A stretch of DNA of 64,000 nucleotides, from the NCBI RefSeq assembly GCF_011745625.1, contig NW_027191499.1, forward strand, positions 1 through 64,000, written 5' to 3'. Both the position numbers and the translations under genes were made by a program. The notes below the pieces were generated by a model. The model was not told the origin of the DNA. It saw nothing but the letters and a program-made list of their open reading frames with translations, and made no database searches. The DNA comes from Cladosporium halotolerans. Taxonomy: Eukaryota. Below are positions 1-11,651 of this stretch, piece after piece. Each line of letters opens with the position of its first letter. Position 1 is the first letter of the stretch.

Positions 1-41
1 TGAATCTGATTATTCAGGTCCGAGCTCAATCAGGGACCTGA

Positions 42-944
42 TTGATTGATTACCTGATTGATTATCTGATTGAGAAAATCAAGATTCAAGATCTATGCTC
101 AGAGTACGAGAAGGAGGCCGTCGACTTCGAGCTGATGGTGCTGTCCAAGCGAGTCACATTCCATGTCGGAACCAGATACTTGCGGCCCAAATGGCTCGGC
201 TCGGCCACACCTAAGGCTCCTGTGCCAGGCCAGTGGGGCATGGGGAGCATGATATCGATCCATCAGAGGCTCCACGACGAAGCCAAACCCACCCGCGGCG
301 GCGACCGTGGTGAACTCGCTCTGCTGCGGCTCCGCCTCGTCGACACGCTGCTGCACGAGATGGCACACGCCGCTGTTCACCACGTCGTGGGCTTTAACTC
401 GACCGAAGACTTTTTCGAAGAGTCCCTTGTCGCCGAGGCGGGCTTCGAGTACACGCAGCGCATGTTTGGCTTGCACCCGGCGATTTTCCCGGACCACCTG
501 GACAGGTCCTACTGGTCGCAGTGGCAGACGCGGAACTTTCTGAGCCCCGAGGCGTATCCGCTGGCGTGGAAATGTCGGGATGCGCGCAAGTTGCCGGAGC
601 AAACCAAAGGTATCGAAATGGATCCCAATCATGCGATCATGCTGCTGGACGACGGCTTTTGGCGGTGCGCGGGCGACCCGAGTTTTAAGGTCATTCCTCA
701 GGATTTGCTCCGCCCGGAGCTTCGTCACATATTCGACACCACGCCGAAGACTTTCCGCGAGTGGTGTCTTCGCGAGATGGGCATCTCACCAAAGGCACCG
801 GACGCTGACGAAGAAATCGTGCGACCGATGGCTACGCGTGAGCCGATGGTTTGCTACAGGCAACCGGCGGCGTATACCCATAGGGATCTGGAGTTCGACG
901 AAGCAATCCCGGACAACAGTGGAAAGACAGCGGTGAAGACATGA
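42..944 (+). CDS. Hypothetical protein with HExxH zinc-metallopeptidase-like motif (5' end uncertain, near window edge)
   Basis: 300-codon ORF containing DTLLHEMAHAA followed by a downstream EAGFE. The ORF-track start is not ATG and lies in a short tandem repeat, so the true start is probably elsewhere. Confidence 0.55.
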   Translation: MIDYLIDYLIEKIKIQDLCSEYEKEAVDFELMVLSKRVTFHVGTRYLRPKWLGSATPKAPVPGQWGMGSMISIHQRLHDEAKPTRGGDRGELALLRLRLVDTLLHEMAHAAVHHVVGFNSTEDFFEESLVAEAGFEYTQRMFGLHPAIFPDHLDRSYWSQWQTRNFLSPEAYPLAWKCRDARKLPEQTKGIEMDPNHAIMLLDDGFWRCAGDPSFKVIPQDLLRPELRHIFDTTPKTFREWCLREMGISPKAPDADEEIVRPMATREPMVCYRQPAAYTHRDLEFDEAIPDNSGKTAVKT

Positions 945-1520
945 GTGATTTGAACGCTGATTTCTGCAAGGGACGAAGTGTGGAAATGATCGATGCTCGC
1001 TTGTCTTCCGGACAACATATGCTTTTCGTCCTGCCAGGGACGCCCTCGGAAGATTGGCTGCATGGCGAGAGTGAGATTTCACGGAGGTTCTTTGTTCGAG
1101 CTTGCTTTGCCTATTTCCTCGGGTGTTGTTTCTTCAGTTGTAGCCAATGTGAATCGAATCGTTTCTCAAGTATGACAGTACTCATCCGACTTACGTGAAG
1201 CTTGCGTTACCTCTCCATTCCATGATCTCTCGAGGCGCGAGTCCGACACAAATATGTTGGATGGCCTGGGAATCGGTTCTGGCCATCTATAGCGCATTGA
1301 CTAGTCCTTGTACCAGTATTTCAATCTTCCAAAGCCAGATATTCCAATCAGTATGTGGCGATTGAAAGTGCTGCATGTGGCAATAGTCGCTCGAAACGTA
1401 CGCAGAGTAGGACGACCAAGTTGGAGTGTGAAGGCACGCTTCGGCAGCTACGATCTGCGTGTCAGCGGAGTTGCAGGCTTCAATTTTGCCTTCAAGGATT
1501 GTAATTTCAAATGTGAGGAC

Positions 1521-1639
1521 ACATACGACCATAGGTCAGTGAGAACTGGGCATCCCGTCCGCTCTGCCATACATAAGCACTGAACCGGGCGACTAGTACT
1601 AGAGTGGGTGACCATCTGGGAATCCCGCCTGTTGTATGT
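1521..1639 (+). rRNA. 5S rRNA, dispersed copy
   Basis: 119 nt running ACATACGACCATAGG...CATCCCGTCCGCTC...GGGTGACCA...GAATCCCG..TGTTGTATGT. The terminal helix pairs (1521-1529 with 1631-1639) and a T-run Pol III terminator follows. Confidence 0.95.
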
Positions 1640-3046
1640 TTTTGTCGTTTTGGGCGGGTAGAGAGGCCATCGTTTTGGCGTAGTTTCGTAATTGGTTGGG
1701 CGTTACGCACGAGAGCTGGCTTGTCAATGCCCCTTCCAGTCGACACTATTACCTCCGCGATGCGCGCGGGTTGTGCGCGCGGGTTACTATGATCGCCTCA
1801 CTCATTGGAGCTTGTCAGGTTTATAACCGGAGCCAGAGGGGTGCCGCCAGCTGAGCTATACGAGTCTTGCGCCAGTTTCGATAAAACAATTAATCTCGGT
1901 ATATGGCAGGCGGGTTCCCGAGGTATCAACCAAGGGGTCTCCTGAGGAGTGGCGTCTCTGGATGAGAGGAAGCTCCCCATTAACTTCCACCGGTATCGAT
2001 GCAGGAGATTTTGCAGTGCTTGTGGTCTTGGGCGCGTAATACACGCGAAACACATTTACCTTGCCGACAAGTGATGTCTGTACATGGCAGCCTTATCTTG
2101 CAGGAAGCCGAGTCCAAGGACGGAGGGCGGCCCGGATTACGTCATAGTAGGGCAGCACGGAAGAGCCTCAGCTTCAGCCTCAGGCCGTCAGCAACACATC
2201 CGAGCAAGCCTTTCCACGCAGACGGGACGAGATGGTCTCGACTGGGCCAGCTTGAGCAAAACGTCTTTTTGAGGGGCGATCTCGTCTGGCAGGGGTTCGA
2301 GATGTGGCTTAGACGACTAGGGTCCCTGTGAACGGCCCACCGTCAACACGGCGTGGCATTGTTCGCGGTCTCCATGAACGACGGACGTCCGCGCCAGGGG
2401 CCGATCAGCACAACGCTCAACAGCGAGACAGGTGTACACAAATACTGGGTTCGACGGAGGCAGCGCGCACAGCGACAGCAGTCTGTGGGTGACTCGGCAT
2501 AATCTTGTAGAGTTCGTCCCAGGTCGGACCGGTGACGTCTAGCGGCGACAAGGCGAGGCACGGGAAGCCGGCGTTGCCGCAGCAGCATGCGGCTGTCTAG
2601 AACAAGGCGATCTGCGCGTTGGCGCGAGGAGGATTTGTTGACGGCGATTGATGGCGACAACTGATGTGGATTGATGGGCACACATCGTTGAAGGATGCAG
2701 TAAATTGTGGCTTGAATCGATTACTCAATTGATGCTCGCACACTCGATCGACGACGCTGGGCGGGCAAATCCCTGGGACGGATCGTGGGGCGCGTCACGG
2801 GGCACGGGCGCGATGTGCAAGGCCAGGGCGAGCCACTGACGCCGATCTTGACGTAGCTGCCCATCCCGCAGAGCACGGACAGACCACCACACCTCCCGCC
2901 CATATACATCCATTTTCCGCCTCCTCGCTCGCACCCCCAACACCGCATCATACACACACCCACCACCGCACATCTCGCATTCTTGAACATCCCCACCTAC
3001 CTAACCACACCACCACCACACTACCAACTCCACAACCACCGCCATC

Positions 3047-4248
3047 ATGCACCGCACCTACTCCATGCGCCAGTCGCGCGCCCCGACGGCGTCGCAGATC
3101 CAGAACCCGCCGCCGCCTTCCTCCTCCACCAAGGCCGGCAGGCTCTTTGGCAAGGCTAACCTTGGTATGTTCTGTGATCCCTCCATGCGATTGATCACCA
3201 GCTAACCGCGACACGCGCAGGCCACAACTTCCGCAAATCCGTTCACCCCGGTGCTTTCGGCCCTGACCTTGCGAAGAAGCTTTCCCAGCTCGTGAAGATG
3301 GAGAAGAACGTCATGCGCTCCATGGAGCTCGTCGGCCGTGAGCGTATGGAGGTCGCTGTAAGTATCAACGAGCTGCCAATTGCAGAAAACATCCCTAACA
3401 CATCGCGCAGCAACAACTTTCCATCTGGGGCGAGGGTCTTGACGACGACGTCTCCGATGTCACCGACAAGCTCGGTGTGCTCATCTACGAGATTGGTGAG
3501 CTCGAGGACCAGTTCGTCGACCGCTACGACCAGTACCGTGTGACCATCAAGAGCATTCGCAACATTGAGGCTTCCGTCCAGCCCAGCAGAGACCGTACGT
3601 TTCCTTCATTCGAATGCGCCACCGCTGCGACTAACAATTTTTCCAGGCAAGCAGAAGATCACCGACCAGATTGCCCAGCTCAAGTACAAGGAGCCCAACA
3701 GCCCCAAGATCGTCGTCCTCGAGCAGGAGCTCGTCCGCGCTGAGGCTGAGTCCCTCGTCGCCGAGGCTCAGCTCTCCAACATCACCCGCGAGAAGCTGAA
3801 GGCCGCCTTCACCTACCAGTTCGACGCCCTCCGCGAGCACAGCGAGAAGATGGCCATCATTGCCGGCTTCGGCAAGCACCTCCTAGAGCTCGTCGACGAC
3901 ACCCCCGTTACCCCTGGCGAGACCCGCCAGGCCTACGACGGCTACGAGACCTCCAAGGCCGTCATCCAGGACTGCGAGGATGCCCTCACCAACTGGGTCG
4001 AGCAGAACGCCGCCGTCAAGTCCAACCTCTCCCAGCGCTCTCGCACTCTCTCCCAGCGTCGCGCTGCCCGCAACACCGGCGAGGGTCACGACCTCACCGG
4101 CCAGGACCAGGAGCTTGACAACCGCGAGTCCGGTCTCTGGATCCCCGCCAGCCAGCACCAGGCCAACGAGTACGAGGATGACGACGACGAGGTCGCCACC
4201 TCCACCGCCGACGGCGAGACCCGCGGCCGCGAGCAGGTCGTCGCTTAA
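3047..4248 (+). CDS. pil1: Eisosome BAR-domain protein Pil1/Lsp1 (PilA-like), 3 introns
   Basis: Spliced translation MHRTYSMRQSRAPTASQIQNPPPP...LSQLVKMEKNVMRSME...VLEQELVRAEAESLVAEAQLSNITREKLK; GT-AG introns at about 3165-3220, 3358-3410 and 3595-3646. Confidence 0.93.
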
Positions 4249-5010
4249 GCGCGACCTGACGTGTCAGCCTTGTTCGCGTGTGATCTTTGTTACGATGTGA
4301 GGAGAAGCAAAGCAGTATACCCAGGCCACGGTTGGGGGTTTCAAACGAAGGGAAAAGAACACTGAGAATGCCACGGACATCAATGCGTCAGAGAGCGCCT
4401 GTCGTCTTCGTGACTTGATGATGTTTTCTTCTGGATGGGAATTGGATTGGGTTAATATTGTTACGGTCCCAGTTAATGCCCTCCCTTTTTTTTTTTTAGT
4501 TTGGATTTGATAGCGCCACATAATGTCTTTATGGCTCTTGATTCTATTCTTTCTCTCATTGGATTTTCCCTGTTTGTGCTGTGATTGAAACCCGTCGCAT
4601 TGGAATTCAGCGCCCCTGGATGTTGCGCCCTACGGCCGCCTGTTGGCGAGGATGGAGACGCTACGGTAGGCATCCCGGGCCCCGCAATACCCGACCGACG
4701 TCGGCTATTGCTGCATCGGATCAACATCCATTTACTCATAAAGAAGGACGGCGTTCTGTGTTGTACTTACTGGTTGATATCCGGTTCGACGACACGCATT
4801 GGAAAAATTCACGCAGCGTATTCTGGATCTTCAAGGCCTGGGATCACTTCCACGAACCCACTCATTCTATCACGAGTATATCTACATCTTCAAACGCCGG
4901 CCCAACGAGGACGTGAGAGCAACCCACGCCCAACAAGCAAGAATCTCACCACTCAACCACAAAACACCCCAAAACCAAAGCGAAAATCAAAATCAAAATC
5001 AAAATCCAAA

Positions 5011-5982
5011 ATGACAACCCCCCTCACCACAACCCCCAAACCCCCCGTCCCTGCTCCGGGCGTCTGGGCCCCCGCCCTCACCTTCTTCGACCACACCACC
5101 GACACCCTCGATCTCGCCTCCCAGGCCAAATACTTCGCCTACCTCTCCCACCACCTCACCGGCCTCGTCATCCTCGGCACCAACGCCGAAACCTTCCTCC
5201 TCACCCGCCCCGAGCGCGCCGCCCTCCTCCGCTGCGCCCGCGAAGCCGTCGGCCCAGCCTACCCCCTCATGGCCGGCGTCGGCGGCCACAGCACCGCGCA
5301 GGTCAAGGAGTTCATCGCCGACGCCCACGCCGCGGGCGCAGACTACGCCCTCGTCCTGCCCTGCGCCTACTTCGGCAAGGCCACTTCGCCCAAGGTCGTC
5401 CGCAACTTCTACGACGACCTCGCCGCCACGTCCCCGCTGCCTATCGTTCTGTACAATTTCCCCGGCGTCACGAACGGCGTCGACCTCGACTCAGACCTCA
5501 TCGCTTCCCTCGCCCTCGCCCACCCGGGCAAAATCACCGGCGTCAAATTGACCTGCGCGTCCGTCGGCAAAATCACCCGTCTCGCGGCGCAGCTGCCTGC
5601 TTCCGAGTTCTCTGTCTTCGGCGGGCAATCCGATTTCCTCCTCGCGGGCCTCGCAGTGGGCAGCGCGGGGTGCATCGCGGCGTTCGCGAACGTCGCGCCG
5701 AAGGTGTGCATGCGCGTTTACGAGCTTTGGAAGGAGGACAGGAGCGCCGAGGCGCTGGGGTTGCATCGCACGGCGGCGCTGGCGGAGAGGGTTTGCAAGA
5801 GCGGGATCGCGGGGACGAAGTTTGCGGCTGCGCTGGTAAGTGCGCGGGCGGCGGGGTTGGGGGAGGAGGAGGCGGTGAGGGCGTTGGGGCCTAGGAGGCC
5901 TTATGAGCCGCTTGGGGAGGGGGAGAGGGAGGGCGTTAGGGGGTTGTTGGCGGAGGTGAGGGCGGTTGAGGAGGGGTTGTAG
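5011..5982 (+). CDS. Dihydrodipicolinate synthase (DHDPS/NAL) family aldolase, related to HOGA and L-KDGal aldolases
   Basis: Motifs GxxAP.LTFF, LGTNAE, PIVLYNFP and GVKLTC (Schiff-base Lys). ATG at 5011 follows an (AAAATC)n run. Confidence 0.88.
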   Translation: MTTPLTTTPKPPVPAPGVWAPALTFFDHTTDTLDLASQAKYFAYLSHHLTGLVILGTNAETFLLTRPERAALLRCAREAVGPAYPLMAGVGGHSTAQVKEFIADAHAAGADYALVLPCAYFGKATSPKVVRNFYDDLAATSPLPIVLYNFPGVTNGVDLDSDLIASLALAHPGKITGVKLTCASVGKITRLAAQLPASEFSVFGGQSDFLLAGLAVGSAGCIAAFANVAPKVCMRVYELWKEDRSAEALGLHRTAALAERVCKSGIAGTKFAAALVSARAAGLGEEEAVRALGPRRPYEPLGEGEREGVRGLLAEVRAVEEGL

Positions 5983-6067
5983 GTGGGGTTGGGGCGGAGG
6001 GGTGGGAGGGTTTGCTGGCCGATGATGTAGAGAGATAGACAAGTTATTATGTTTACAACGACCCTGC

Positions 6068-7024
6068 CTAGTCCATATCGTCCAGCTCGCTTTTCGCTTC
6101 GCTCTCACTAACTAGAATCCCCACCACGCAACTCCCCAGCATCCCCTCCCAGTTGACCCACGGGTGCACTTCCATGAACAGTTTCCCCCCGTCCCGTCCC
6201 GCAGCTTTCATCAATTCCGGCTCGCCACCGGGGTGGAAAGGCAGGTACGGCGTGATGTTGTACACCTTGCCCATGTAGCTCGACCAGGCCGGTTTACCCT
6301 TCCGGCCCGTCATGGTCTTCAGCTGCGAGGGCGTCACGCGCTGCAGGCCCGGCACCCCGGCCAGGTTGGCTTTGGGATCCCGCGAGAGCGCCGCCCAGTC
6401 CATGGGGCTGTGGCCGGGGGAGAGCAGGATTTTGCCCCGGCCGGAGGAGGAGGCGCCGGCGCGTTGTTGGCTGTTTGCTGGGGGGCCTCGGTTGGGTAGG
6501 GGGCCGGTTGTGGGGACGCGGAGGCCGGGGGCTGGAGAGCGGTTTGGGAGGGGTGTTGGGCGGGAGGGCGGCGGCATGAGGGTGCTGGGTTTGGGGGCCG
6601 GAGGGGGCATGAGAGTTGATGTGGGGGGTTTGGACGGTGGGGGCATGTTGGTCTTGGTGGGTGGCGTAGGTGTTGAGTTGGTTGCCGGCGTTGGAACGGT
6701 GTTATTAGAGGGTTCCTGATCCAGGGAGAAGGTTGGTACGTCCTGCTTTGTTTGGACGGCGGTTGATTTGGGCGTGCTGTCGTCGCCTTCGTCGGACTCT
6801 TGAGGCTCTGAGACGCTGAAGGCTGGTGTGTCGTCTTTTGTCTTCTCTGTTTTAGCGTCTTCCTGCGTCGTGGACGACGGTTTCGGTGCCTGCTCTTCAG
6901 AAGATGCTCTTTCCTCCTTCTTTGATCGCAGCCATGGTGGCAAAGCGTTTCGGGTCGCCTCAGGGTTCCTGTAAGCCAGGAAGGAGACCGAGATGACCAG
7001 GATGGCTAAGCTCCAGTATCCCAT
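6068..7024 (-). CDS. Cytochrome b5-like heme/steroid-binding domain protein with N-terminal membrane anchor (Irc21-like)
   Basis: C-terminal L.PGHSPMDW, GKVYNITPYLPFHPGG and VHPWVN; hydrophobic N-terminus; Pro-rich linker. Confidence 0.85.
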   Translation of the reverse strand: MGYWSLAILVISVSFLAYRNPEATRNALPPWLRSKKEERASSEEQAPKPSSTTQEDAKTEKTKDDTPAFSVSEPQESDEGDDSTPKSTAVQTKQDVPTFSLDQEPSNNTVPTPATNSTPTPPTKTNMPPPSKPPTSTLMPPPAPKPSTLMPPPSRPTPLPNRSPAPGLRVPTTGPLPNRGPPANSQQRAGASSSGRGKILLSPGHSPMDWAALSRDPKANLAGVPGLQRVTPSQLKTMTGRKGKPAWSSYMGKVYNITPYLPFHPGGEPELMKAAGRDGGKLFMEVHPWVNWEGMLGSCVVGILVSESEAKSELDDMD

Positions 7025-7476
7025 TTTGCAAGTTGTTTGAAAGATTAGATATTCCTAGGGATCTTCTTCAAGGGCCAGAAATGATCCGTGATGGACTGAA
7101 AGGACCCAATCGATGGTTGGATGAAAATGTAGGAGGTGGTGTGAATGACATTTTGGATTCCCGAGAATCAAGCCATGGCCGTGGATGTATCGAATCGGTG
7201 AATGAGAGTATGTTAAGCGAGCGCTCTTCGATCTGGTGCCAGTAGTCAAATGTCTATGTCCCCTAGACGATATCAGATTGTCGATCGAGTCAAACAATCC
7301 AGCCGAGTCGCCGCAAGCCCGCCAAGACCTCGAACTTGACGTCAACCGGCCGGCAGCTGCATTGCATAACGGCCCTACAAGACGACACACAATTTATTAC
7401 CTTATATCCAGCACATCTAAAGACCAACGACCCTCATCAAAACACCAAAGGAACACAAAAAAAAACCCCTCAAACC

Positions 7477-7950
7477 ATGCTCCCCCGCACCCTCGCCCAG
7501 CGCACCACGCGCCTCGCCGCCCTCACCCGACCCCTCCGCAGCACCACCTCCATCCGCCCAACACGAACCCTCCTGCAAACCCAGCAATTTGCCCGCCCCG
7601 CCTCGCACATCCACCAACCGCTCCTCCACCGCCGCGCAGCCTCCACAGCCCCCTCTTCCGGCCCCAGCGCCGCCGACGCCCGCATCGAAGAAATCACCGA
7701 GCTCTACGCGACGGCGCAGGACGAGTTCGAGATCGCCATGGAGGAGACGGAGAAGCAGACGGTGTACGCGCAGGACGACCGGAACGCGGCGCGCGAGGAG
7801 CTGGAGAAGGTCCTCGAGGCGTACAGGGCTGTTGTCGAGGGGGAGGATCGCGAGCTGGCGGAGGAGGTGCGCAGGAGGATTGGGCAGCGGGTTAGGGAGT
7901 TGGAGATGGGCGTTGTGAGGATGGAGGAGTTGGCGCAGGAGCATGATTGA
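7477..7950 (+). CDS. Small conserved-type hypothetical protein, probably mitochondrial (helical C-terminal domain)
   Basis: Good ATG context (AAACCATG); Arg/Ser/Thr-rich, acid-free presequence followed by an acidic helical domain (RIEEITELYATAQDEFEIAMEETEK). Confidence 0.7.
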   Translation: MLPRTLAQRTTRLAALTRPLRSTTSIRPTRTLLQTQQFARPASHIHQPLLHRRAASTAPSSGPSAADARIEEITELYATAQDEFEIAMEETEKQTVYAQDDRNAAREELEKVLEAYRAVVEGEDRELAEEVRRRIGQRVRELEMGVVRMEELAQEHD

Positions 7951-8389
7951 TTTTTGTGCGGTTGGAGAGCACGTTGCGTGGGACTAGGGGTGGACTGGTT
8001 GTGAAGGAATGCTATGCGCTTGCTTGGACGGCTTGGCCCGAGAGATACAATACTTGGATGCGGATGACGGTTCAAAGAGACAGCGGCGCAAAGATGTACA
8101 GTAGACCGCAAAAAAATCACGCGGCGGCGACTGACCGCTCGCGCGAGCTGTAATATGACTGACTGGCTGAGAGCTGGGAATGATAACACCGTACACTCTC
8201 TCTCCCCGAACGCCCGCGTCCGTGCGAATCAATACAACAGATATCCCCTTCGGAGCAGAGAATCCCAGGTCGTGCTTGAACCCTCTCTTCGTGAAGTCGG
8301 AGCATAGCGGCAAGCTTGTCCATCATAGCGTCTGAGCGCAAGTTTCCATCCTTCGTTTCCGTTGACACTTCATGGAATGTCCCCCCAAA

Positions 8390-8788
8390 TCACCTCGTCC
8401 TCTCAAAATACCCACTGCTCCCCATGACAGCAACACTCTGATCCATGACCGTCTCTCCAACCCAGAGGTAGCTGTCGATCCACTTGCGGATGCCGGGCGA
8501 CTCGGTGAGGGTGTCTGATTTGAGGCTAGGGCTGTGATGTCAGACGAGGCGTCAGAAACGGTTGCTCTGCTTGTTTTTTTTTTGCGCTGGGCGCGGCGCT
8601 AGGCGCGGTTTGGAGGAGGCGAGGGAGACGTACGTGAGACCTGTGCTGCGCTTGACGCCGGCGAGGAAGGCGGAGACGAGGACTGCGTCGAAGGCGAAGT
8701 GGGTCAGGCGGCCGAGCTGGTGAGGGCGGGTGGTGGTTAGTTTTTGGGAGGTGTTGGGGGTTGGATGGGAGGGGTGGGGTACCACCAT
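8390..8788 (-). CDS. DUF1748-family small fungal protein, 2 introns
   Basis: Spliced MV|LGRLTHFAFDAVLVSAFLAGVKRSTGLT|PSLKSDTLTESPGIRKWIDSYLWVGETVMDQSVAVMGSSGYFERTR*. Confidence 0.8.
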
Positions 8789-9314
8789 GGTTGGCGTGCG
8801 ATAGCGATTCGTGGGCGAACTTGCGTGTTTGTGTTGTCGGCGGAGGTGTTGGGCTGGTTGGATCGCAGGCGGTTGTTTACCGGATGCGCATGCGGTTGCT
8901 GAGCACGAGACAGCGGAGACGGCGGCCAGCGGATGTTGCTGCCTGAGGCGGACCGAGTGCTTGGAGAGCTACCTAGTGTGTCTGCCTGAGGCGTCAGGCT
9001 CGGGGTTTTGCAGTAGGCTAAAAAGCGCTGCCGGACCCCGAGATTTGAGCTCGCGCCTCAGGCTTTTTGGTTGAAGAGCAGCTCACAGCAGCTCAGCAGG
9101 TCCCGTCAGCCGTGGGAACGGCCGATGGAGGACCGAGACGCAGGCACGAGCGGCTGCGGCGGGCGCCCAACCGAAGACACACCCAATTTGATCATCCACG
9201 GGGCAGGCAGTATTGTTGCTAGTACTGATGAAGGAGGCTAAGGTCTGTACAGTACGGTCGTGGCTGTGGCTGTCGAATGAGATATGCGCGTGGGCCGGTG
9301 GGGATGATGAGGAG

Positions 9315-9381
9315 TGAGGGTGCATATCATAGTTGGCCTGTAGGGACTGGGATTGATGAGGGTGCATATCACAGTTGGCCT
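9315..9381. repeat. 25-bp direct repeat, period 42, one mismatch
   Basis: TGAGGGTGCATATCATAGTTGGCCT (9315-9339) and TGAGGGTGCATATCACAGTTGGCCT (9357-9381). Confidence 0.9.
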
Positions 9382-9953
9382 TAATCACACGCCTTACGTT
9401 TCGCGCCCTGCTCCCCAGCGGGGAAGCGTGGCCTGGTGTCCGGATCACCACATTGTGCGAACAATCCATGGAATGGGGACTGAATAATCGTTCAATTGAT
9501 TGATCAATGCCATGAATGCTTGATGTTACCGAGAATAAAATAACAAACATACACACACGCCATCCTGCCACCGCATTGAGTTGAGGCAGATCGGCGGGTG
9601 GTGGGCGGTCGCTTGGCTGTAGATTAGCAGGGCCAGCTCGTCTCGTTGAGTCGCCGCCGCCTCGTGCCCGCCAGCCAGCCAGCCAGCCAGCATAGCGGGG
9701 CCGGCTGCCAGCTGCGCGCTGCCCTCAGCGCATAAAAAAGAAATCCACCTCACCGCACCGCGACACCACCACCACCGCCCACTCGCCCGCACCACTCCCT
9801 CCGCATCCTCTCCCTCTCGCACACCCAGAGCCAGAGCTCGCCCGTCCTCCCATTCTCCGCCGCAGAGTCCCGCGCGACCGTACGCCCTCAACCACCACAT
9901 TTCCCCAGTGAGGGGCACCGTCCGCTGACCATCACCACTCCAGTCCACACACA

Positions 9954-11651
9954 ATGGCCAGCTCTCTGGACCACCAGGCCTTCGGCAAGACGCGCGCCGA
10001 ATGGCTGTCCAACCTCAACACCGAGTACAAGCCTCCGCGCGAGTTCCGCCGCACCAGCATCATCTGCACCATCGGTACGGTCTTGCACGCTCCGACCATC
10101 CAAACGAGCTCCAGCTGACCCTCCCCTCAGGCCCCAAGACCAACTCGCCCGAGAAGATGAACATGCTCCGCACCGCCGGCATGAACGTCGTCCGCATGAA
10201 CTTCTCCCACGGCAGCTACGACTACCACCAGTCCGTCATCGACAACGCCCGCAAGGCCGAGGCCACCCAGGCCGGCCGTCCCGTCGCCATTGCCCTCGAC
10301 ACCAAGGGCCCCGAGATCCGCACCGGCAACACCCCCAACGATGAGGACATCCCCATCGCCGCCGGCACCGAGATGAACATCACCACCGACGACAAGTACG
10401 CCATCGCCTCCGACGCCGAGAACATGTACGTCGACTACAAGAACATCACAAAGGTCATCCAGAAGGGCCGCACAATCTACGTCGACGACGGTGTCCTCGC
10501 CTTCGAGGTCCTCGACGTCGTCGACGACAAGACCCTCCGCTGCAAGGCCGTCAACAACGGCAAGATCTCCTCCAAGAAGGGTGTCAACCTCCCCAAGACC
10601 GACATCGACCTTCCCGCTCTGTCCGAGAAGGACAAGGCCGACCTCAAGTTCGGTGTCAAGAACAAGGTCGACATGGTCTTCGCCTCTTTCATCCGCCGTC
10701 CCGAGGACATCCTCGCCATCCGCGAGGTCCTCGGCGAGGAGGGCAAGGACGTCCAGATCATTGCCAAGATCGAGAACCAGCAGGGTGTCAACAACTTCGA
10801 CGAGATCCTCAAGGAGACCGACGGTGTCATGGTCGCCCGTGGTGACCTCGGTATCGAGATCCCTCCCGCCCAGGTCTTCATCGCCCAGAAGATGATGATC
10901 ACCAAGTGCAACATCGCCGGCAAGCCCGTCATTTGCGCCACCCAGATGCTCGAGAGCATGACCTACAACCCCCGCCCGACCCGTGCTGAGGTCTCCGACG
11001 TTGGCAACGCCGTCCTCGACGGTGCCGACTGCGTCATGCTTTCTGGCGAGACCGCCAAGGGCAACTACCCCAAGGAGTCTGTCACCATGATGCACGAGAC
11101 CTGCCTCCTCGCCGAGGTCGCCATCCCCTACGTCAACGCTTTCGACGAGCTTCGCAGCCTCGCTCCCCGCCCCGTCCCCACCACCGAGACCTGCGCCATG
11201 GCCGCCGTCTCCGCCTCTCTCGAGCAGAACGCTGGCGCCATCCTCGTCCTCTCCACCTCGTGAGTCCCATCGTCCATCCTCCAAACCCCAACCCCACTAA
11301 CTTACTCCTCCCAGCGGCAACACCGCCCGCCTCGTCTCCAAGTACCGCCCCGTCTGCCCCATCATCATGGTCACCCGCAACGCCGTCGCCTCGCGCTACT
11401 CCCACCTCTACCGCGGCGTCTACCCCTTCCACTACAACGAGGAGAAGCCCGACTTCAAGCAGGTCCCCTGGCAGGAGGACGTCGACAAGCGCCTCAAGTG
11501 GGGCATCAGCAACGCCCTCAAGCTGGGTGTGCTCCAGCAGGGCGATGCCGTCGTTTGCGTGCAGGGCTGGAGGGGCGGCCTCGGACACACTAACACGCTG
11601 CGCGTCGTGCCGGCTGAGCTCGATTTGGGATTGTATGATGACCCTGAGTGA
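9954..11651 (+). CDS. pyk1: Pyruvate kinase (alternative spliced end at 11742 possible)
   Basis: [58 protein letters not shown]; introns at about 10075-10130 and 11260-11314; probable 5'UTR intron 9880-9943. Confidence 0.97.

Noticed and set aside
4585..5010. N-terminal extension of the DHDPS-family ORF
   Set aside because: Non-ATG start running through the promoter and an (AAAATC)n microsatellite; ATG 5011 fits the family.
10127..11284. 385-aa ORF antisense to pyruvate kinase
   Set aside because: Shadow ORF produced by strong C-ending codon bias on the sense strand; no independent protein features.
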